From: Eubacteriales bacterium
Lineage (GTDB): Bacteria > Bacillota > Clostridia > Oscillospirales > CAG-272
DNA: 58,754 nucleotides
Direction of reading: 5' to 3'
Assembly: GCA_045637205.1 (NCBI GenBank)
Contig: JAZTYY010000070.1
Coordinates: 1-58,754, forward strand
Below the pieces are notes generated by a model. The model had not been told where the DNA came from, made no database searches, and saw only the letters and a list, made by a program, of their open reading frames with translations. Both the position numbers and the translations under genes were made by a program. Of the stretch, positions 54,589 to 58,754 are shown piece by piece. Position 1 is the stretch's first letter. Every line of letters begins with the position of its first letter.

Positions 54589-55515
54589 ATGGCTAATATT
54601 ACAGCAAAAGACGTTGCGGCTTTGCGTGCAAAGACCGGACTTGGTATGATGCATTGCAAGAAGGCTCTTGTTGAGGCTGATGGCGACATCGATGCAGCAG
54701 TTAAGATTCTTCGTGAAAAGGGACTTGCAACTGCAGCTAAGAAAGAAAGCAGAATCGCTGCTGAAGGTATCGTTGACATTATGACAATCGGTAACGTTTC
54801 AGCAATGGTTGAAGTTAACTCTGAAACAGACTTCGTTGCTAAGAACGACACATTTAAGGAATTTGTTAAGGGTCTCCTTAGAACAATCATCGCAAACAAG
54901 CCTGCTGATCTTGAAGCTCTTCTTAACACAGCTTTCGACGGTACAGCTACACTTGTTAAGGATTCTCTTGTTGAAAAGATCGCTATGATCGGTGAAAAGC
55001 TCGACATTCGTCGTTTCGTTCTTGTTGAAGGAACAACAAGCACATACATCCACGGCCTTGGTTCTATCGGCGTAATCGTATCTTTCGATGCTGATGAAGC
55101 AGCTGTAAACCACCCCGGTTTTGCTGAGTTCGCAAAGAACATCGCTCTTCAGGTTGGTGCATATCCCGTTGCTTATCTTAATAAGGAAGCTGTTCCTGCT
55201 TCTGTAATCGAAGAGGAAAAGTCAATCCTTATGGCTCAGATTGCTAACGACCCCGTTAACTCCAAGAAGCCCGCACAGATCATCGAAAAGATGGTTCTTG
55301 GTAGAATTGGTAAGTTCTATGATAACAACTGCTTGCTTGAACAGGCATACGTTAAGGAAGATTCTCTTAAGGTTTGCCAGTACGTAGCACAGTCTGCTAA
55401 GGAATTCGGCGGTAATATCGCAGTTACAGGTTACTGCAGATTCGAAAAGGGCGAAGGTATTCAGAAGAAGGAAGAAAACTTTGCTGAAGAAATCGCAAAG
55501 CTTACAAACAAATAA
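54589..55515 (+). CDS. tsf: translation elongation factor Ts
   Basis: It begins ITAKDVAALRAKTGLGMMHCKKAL.EADGDID.A...LREKG and has the rpsB-tsf synteny. Confidence 0.96.
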   Translation: MANITAKDVAALRAKTGLGMMHCKKALVEADGDIDAAVKILREKGLATAAKKESRIAAEGIVDIMTIGNVSAMVEVNSETDFVAKNDTFKEFVKGLLRTIIANKPADLEALLNTAFDGTATLVKDSLVEKIAMIGEKLDIRRFVLVEGTTSTYIHGLGSIGVIVSFDADEAAVNHPGFAEFAKNIALQVGAYPVAYLNKEAVPASVIEEEKSILMAQIANDPVNSKKPAQIIEKMVLGRIGKFYDNNCLLEQAYVKEDSLKVCQYVAQSAKEFGGNIAVTGYCRFEKGEGIQKKEENFAEEIAKLTNK

Positions 55516-55526
55516 TTGTAAACTTA

Positions 55527-55560
55527 AAACCCTGTGGATTTTTCCACAGGGTTTATTTTG
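55527..55560 (+). terminator. tsf terminator
   Basis: The hairpin AAACCCTGTGG..CCACAGGGTTT is followed by ATTTTG. Confidence 0.8.
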
Positions 55561-55593
55561 TTCAGCTATTTAAAAATATTTTTAAATACCTCC

Positions 55594-55646
55594 TTGACAA
55601 ATATATAATTTTGGTGTATAATCTATTTAAAGAAAATTTGAAATAG
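55594..55646 (+). promoter_or_regulatory. sigma-A-type promoter plus an imperfect AT-rich inverted repeat (candidate ArsR-type operator)
   Basis: TTGACA (55594-55599), a 17-nt spacer, then TATAAT (55617-55622). Immediately after comes CTATTTAAAGAAAATTTGAAATAG (55623-55646), whose CTATTT/AAATAG arms are complementary. Confidence 0.5.
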
Positions 55647-55654
55647 AGGGGAAT

Positions 55655-55924
55655 ATGAGCGAATATAATTTATTTAAGGTCCTTGCTGATGAGCAGAGAA
55701 GAGATATACTCGTTATGCTCAAAAAGAGAAGAATGAGTGCAGGGGAAATTGCTGAAGAATTAAATATAAGTCCAGCCGCGCTTTCATATCATTTAAAGCA
55801 ACTTAAGGGCGCTGATCTTGTTATGGAATATAAACATAAAAATTATATATATTATGAAATCAATGCAACGGTTTTTGAAGAATTGATTTTGTGGATTAAA
55901 CAGTTTGGAGGTAATCATAAATGA
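55655..55924 (+). CDS. ArsR-family (SdpR-like) autorepressor
   Basis: It is an 89-aa winged HTH protein (LADEQRRDIL..L....MSAGEIAEELNISPAALSYHL..L..A.LV). Its stop overlaps the start of the SdpI-like gene (ATGA). Confidence 0.85.
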   Translation: MSEYNLFKVLADEQRRDILVMLKKRRMSAGEIAEELNISPAALSYHLKQLKGADLVMEYKHKNYIYYEINATVFEELILWIKQFGGNHK

Positions 55925-56607
55925 AAATATTGAAGTGGATTATATGTATACTCACTATACTTTCAACAGTATTTATGCTATTTATACTGCCTGACACTGT
56001 GCCCGTACATTTTGATATTAATGGCACTGCAGATAGATGGGGTTCGAAATTTGAGCTTTTGATTTTGCCAGTTGTGTTAATTGCGTGTGCTTTTATTTTA
56101 GACCCTATGGCAAAATCTTATCGCAAAAAAGCAGCGGAAGCAGATAATGAAAAAGAGAAGGTAGAGCATCTTTCGAATGCCAAGGTGCTTAGTATTACTG
56201 GCATTGTTACAATGTGTTTGTTTTTTGTTATCAATTTGCTTACGTTGTATTCCGTTTATATGGAAGTAACTCCGAATAGCGCCTTGCCTAAAATAGATAT
56301 CTTTCAAGTGATTGGCGTTGTTATGGGTATAACGTTCATTGCGCTTGGTAACTATATGCCTAAAACAAGAAAAAACAGTAATATCGGATTTCGTTTGCCT
56401 TGGACACAGTACAATGATGTTACGTGGAGCAAATCAAACCGATTTGCCGGTTACGTTTTGATGATTTCGGGACTTGTTGCTATAATTGGTGCAATTTTCA
56501 CAAAGGGAATGCTTTCTACCGTAATTATGGTTGGATCATTGCTTACATCTATACCGATTATTGTGATTTATGCATACGTGGTATATAAAAAAGAAAAATC
56601 AAAATAA
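55921..56607 (+). CDS. SdpI/YhfL-family membrane protein (DUF1648 plus SdpI domains)
   Basis: It carries LPDTVPVHFDINGTADRWGSK (DUF1648-like) and GNYMPKTRKNSNIGFRLPWT....W.K.NRF.G (SdpI family), with 6 predicted TM helices. Confidence 0.8.
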   Translation: MKILKWIICILTILSTVFMLFILPDTVPVHFDINGTADRWGSKFELLILPVVLIACAFILDPMAKSYRKKAAEADNEKEKVEHLSNAKVLSITGIVTMCLFFVINLLTLYSVYMEVTPNSALPKIDIFQVIGVVMGITFIALGNYMPKTRKNSNIGFRLPWTQYNDVTWSKSNRFAGYVLMISGLVAIIGAIFTKGMLSTVIMVGSLLTSIPIIVIYAYVVYKKEKSK

Positions 56608-56613
56608 TAATAT

Positions 56614-56644
56614 AAAGTCCTCGCAAATATTGCGAGGACTTTTA
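56614..56644. terminator. bidirectional terminator shared by the SdpI-like gene and the convergent 54-aa ORF
   Basis: The hairpin AAAGTCCTCGCA-AATAT-TGCGAGGACTTT has A-runs on one side and T-runs on the other. Confidence 0.8.
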
Positions 56645-56809
56645 TCAATGCCTATTTTGACTCATTACAATACTATTGGGGCTGCTATAAGCCTCACCAT
56701 TAGGTGTACCAACCTTGGGGTCATAAGTGTTTGTTATAGTGTTATACCAAGTTTCAGGTTCTTGTTCTTTTTTCTTAAATAGGTTTAGGAGCTTTTTGAA
56801 AATGTTCAT
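56645..56809 (-). CDS. 54-aa hypothetical protein (below the ORF-track size cutoff)
   Basis: The ATG at 56807-56809 lies 7 nt after GGAGGAA. The product is MNIFKKLLNLFKKKEQEPETWYNTITNTYDPKVGTPNGEAYSSPNSIVMSQNRH. It has its own consensus promoter and a terminator. Confidence 0.6.
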   Translation of the reverse strand: MNIFKKLLNLFKKKEQEPETWYNTITNTYDPKVGTPNGEAYSSPNSIVMSQNRH

Positions 56810-56837
56810 AGGCTTTCCTCCTTCAACTCTTTATTTC

Positions 56838-56866
56838 ATTATAATAGAAAATATTTTATGTGTCAA
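56838..56866 (-). promoter_or_regulatory. consensus sigma-A promoter of the 54-aa ORF
   Basis: On the minus strand: TTGACA (56861-56866), a 17-nt spacer, then TATAAT (56838-56843). Both hexamers are perfect. Confidence 0.6.
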
Positions 56867-56878
56867 GTGTATTTATAT

Positions 56879-56911
56879 AAAAAAACAGCCCTGCAAAGTA
56901 ATTTGCAGGGC
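56879..56911 (-). terminator. ppdK terminator
   Basis: The hairpin GCCCTGCAAA-GTAA-TTTGCAGGGC is followed on the minus strand by a T-run. Confidence 0.8.
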
Positions 56912-56931
56912 AATTTTTATAATTTTAAGAA

Positions 56932-58754
56932 TTATTTGCTTTTAATAGCAGCCTGAGCAGCAGCAAGACGAGCGATCGGCACACGGAAAGGTGAGCAAGA
57001 TACGTAGTCAAGACCGATGTTATGGCAGAATTCAACGGAAGTGGGGTCACCACCGTGTTCACCACAAATACCTACGTGGAGGTGTTCGTTAGCGGGTCTA
57101 CCAAGTGTAACTGCCATGTTCATAAGCTTACCAACACCTGTCTGGTCAAGCTTTGCGAAAGGATCGTTTTCGAAAATCTTTGCATCGTAGTAAGCATTGA
57201 GGAACTTACCAGCGTCGTCACGAGAGAAGCCGTATGTCATCTGTGTAAGGTCGTTTGTACCGAAGCAGAAGAAGTCAGCGTTAGCAGCGATTTCGTCAGC
57301 TGTGATACAAGCTCTGGGAATTTCAATCATTGTACCTACTTCGTAGTCAAGTGTAACACCTGCAGCAGCGATTTCAGCATCAGCTGTAGCAACAACTACA
57401 CTCTTAACGTACTTAAGTTCCTTAACGTCGCCTACAAGAGGAATCATGATTTCAGGACGAACTGTCCATTCGGGATGGCTCTTCTGAACGTTGATAGCAG
57501 CGCGGATAACAGCTGCTGTCTGCATCTTAGCGATTTCAGGATATGTTACGGAAAGACGGCATCCACGGTGACCCATCATGGGGTTGAATTCGTGGAGAGA
57601 AGAAATGATAGCCTTGATTTCTTCAACTGTCTTACCCTGAGCATTTGCAAGAAGAGCGATATCTTCTTCAGTTGTGGGAACGAACTCGTGAAGAGGTGGG
57701 TCAAGGAATCTAATGCAAACGGGGTTACCTTCGAGAGCTACGTAGAGCTGTTCGAAGTCAGCCTGCTGGTAGGGAAGAATCTTTGCAAGAGCAACTTCTC
57801 TTTCTTCAGCAGTGTTAGAGCAAATCATTTCACGGAAAGCAGCAATTCTGTCTGCTTCGAAGAACATGTGCTCTGTACGGCAAAGACCGATACCTTCAGC
57901 ACCGAGCTCACGAGCCTTCTTAGCGTCTGTAGGTGTATCAGCGTTTGTTCTAACCTTAAGTGTACGGAATTCGTCAGCCCAACCCATGATTGTGCCGAAG
58001 TTACCGGAGATTTCTGCATCAACAGTAGGAATGATACCGTCGTAGATAGCGCCTGTAGAACCGTCGATGGAGATGTAGTCACCTTCAACGTATGTCTTAC
58101 CAGCGAGAGTGAACTTCTTGTTTTCTTCGTCCATGTTGATTTCACCACAACCGGATACACAGCACTTACCCATACCACGAGCAACAACTGCTGCGTGAGA
58201 TGTCATACCACCACGAACTGTGAGGATACCCTGAGCTGCCTTCATACCTGTGATATCTTCAGGAGATGTTTCAAGACGAACAAGAACTACCTTCTTACCA
58301 GCGTTGTTCCAAGCTTCTGCATCTTCAGCAGAGAATACAACCTGACCGCAAGCAGCACCGGGAGATGCACCAAGACCTCTACCCATAGGAGTAGCTGCCT
58401 TAAGTGCCTTCGCGTCGAACTGAGGGTGAAGGAGTGTATCAAGGTTTCTGGGATCGATCATAAGAACTGCTTCTTCCTTTGTCTTGTGGCCTTCAGCAAC
58501 AAGGTCAACAGCGATCTGAAGAGCTGCCTGAGCTGTTCTCTTACCGTTACGAGTCTGAAGCATGTAAAGCTTTTCATTTTCAATTGTGAATTCCATATCC
58601 TGCATATCGTGGTAGTGGTTTTCAAGGATTTCGCAAACCTTTTTGAACTCTTCGAATGCAGCGGGGAACTTGTTAGCCATTTCAGCGATGGGCATGGGAG
58701 TACGAACACCTGCAACAACGTCTTCACCCTGTGCATTTGTAAGGAATTCACCCA
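56932..58754 (-). CDS. ppdK: pyruvate, phosphate dikinase; C-terminal ~600 codons, with the N-terminus outside the window
   Basis: It carries the phospho-His motif GGMTSHAAVVARGMG and a PEP-utilising C-terminal domain (..GICGEHGGDP.S..F). The frame stays open upstream of the Met used by the ORF track (..GEFLTNAQGEDVVAGVRTPMPI..) to the window edge. Confidence 0.93.
   Translation of the reverse strand, partial: GEFLTNAQGEDVVAGVRTPMPIAEMANKFPAAFEEFKKVCEILENHYHDMQDMEFTIENEKLYMLQTRNGKRTAQAALQIAVDLVAEGHKTKEEAVLMIDPRNLDTLLHPQFDAKALKAATPMGRGLGASPGAACGQVVFSAEDAEAWNNAGKKVVLVRLETSPEDITGMKAAQGILTVRGGMTSHAAVVARGMGKCCVSGCGEINMDEENKKFTLAGKTYVEGDYISIDGSTGAIYDGIIPTVDAEISGNFGTIMGWADEFRTLKVRTNADTPTDAKKARELGAEGIGLCRTEHMFFEADRIAAFREMICSNTAEEREVALAKILPYQQADFEQLYVALEGNPVCIRFLDPPLHEFVPTTEEDIALLANAQGKTVEEIKAIISSLHEFNPMMGHRGCRLSVTYPEIAKMQTAAVIRAAINVQKSHPEWTVRPEIMIPLVGDVKELKYVKSVVVATADAEIAAAGVTLDYEVGTMIEIPRACITADEIAANADFFCFGTNDLTQMTYGFSRDDAGKFLNAYYDAKIFENDPFAKLDQTGVGKLMNMAVTLGRPANEHLHVGICGEHGGDPTSVEFCHNIGLDYVSCSPFRVPIARLAAAQAAIKSK

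Noticed and set aside
56570-56945. Plus-strand track ORFs 56570-56782 and 56727-56945.
   Set aside because: They cross a bidirectional terminator and the promoter and terminator of neighbouring genes, and they lack ribosome-binding sites. The minus-strand 54-aa ORF explains this interval much better.

Overview
This window is a mostly core chromosomal segment from a low-GC, endospore-forming Firmicute. The lineage call is an inference from Clostridia-like gene content and codon usage, a complete spoIIIAA-AH operon and ylmC/ymxH.

Gene order, left to right:
- A truncated membrane-protein gene, then ssrA (tmRNA, minus strand) with repeat scars just beyond its 3' end.
- A small ORF coupled to a PL1 pectate-lyase-like lipoprotein, then a nucleotidase/guanylate-kinase-like fusion, a PAP2 phosphatase and a HAD phosphatase.
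- typA, then queG-addB-addA on the minus strand.
- rlmA and a GT2 glycosyltransferase, then a 1032-aa membrane coiled-coil protein with an unlisted 59-aa membrane ORF.
- nadE, a histidine phosphatase, hpf, an orphan sugar-binding lipoprotein, a MOP flippase, rplS and an XRE-family membrane regulator.
- A starch/maltodextrin locus: malQ, a type I pullulanase, a multi-CBM starch-binding lipoprotein, a GH13 amylase, and a binding protein with two permeases and an ATPase.
- An Lrp/AsnC regulator with an aminotransferase, a degenerate UxaC-like protein, and glpK with an alpha/beta hydrolase.
- spoIIIAA-AH, ylmC, rpsB-tsf, an ArsR/SdpI-like pair, an unlisted 54-aa ORF and the 3' part of ppdK.

I saw no CRISPR array, transposase, integrase, rRNA or tRNA, and no recognisable defence or toxin system. 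I therefore cannot point to a clear-cut novel system.

The best leads are:
- the UxaC homologue that has lost its catalytic histidines;
- the GT2 / giant coiled-coil membrane protein / microprotein module;
- the NT5C-guanylate-kinase-like fusion;
- the hairpin-flanked, partly homogenised duplicate binding-protein gene carrying a Cys-rich module shared with the starch-binding lipoprotein;
- the SdpR/SdpI-like pair facing a strongly signalled 54-aa gene;
- the att-like scars at ssrA.

All functional calls come from motif recognition by eye. No database search was run.
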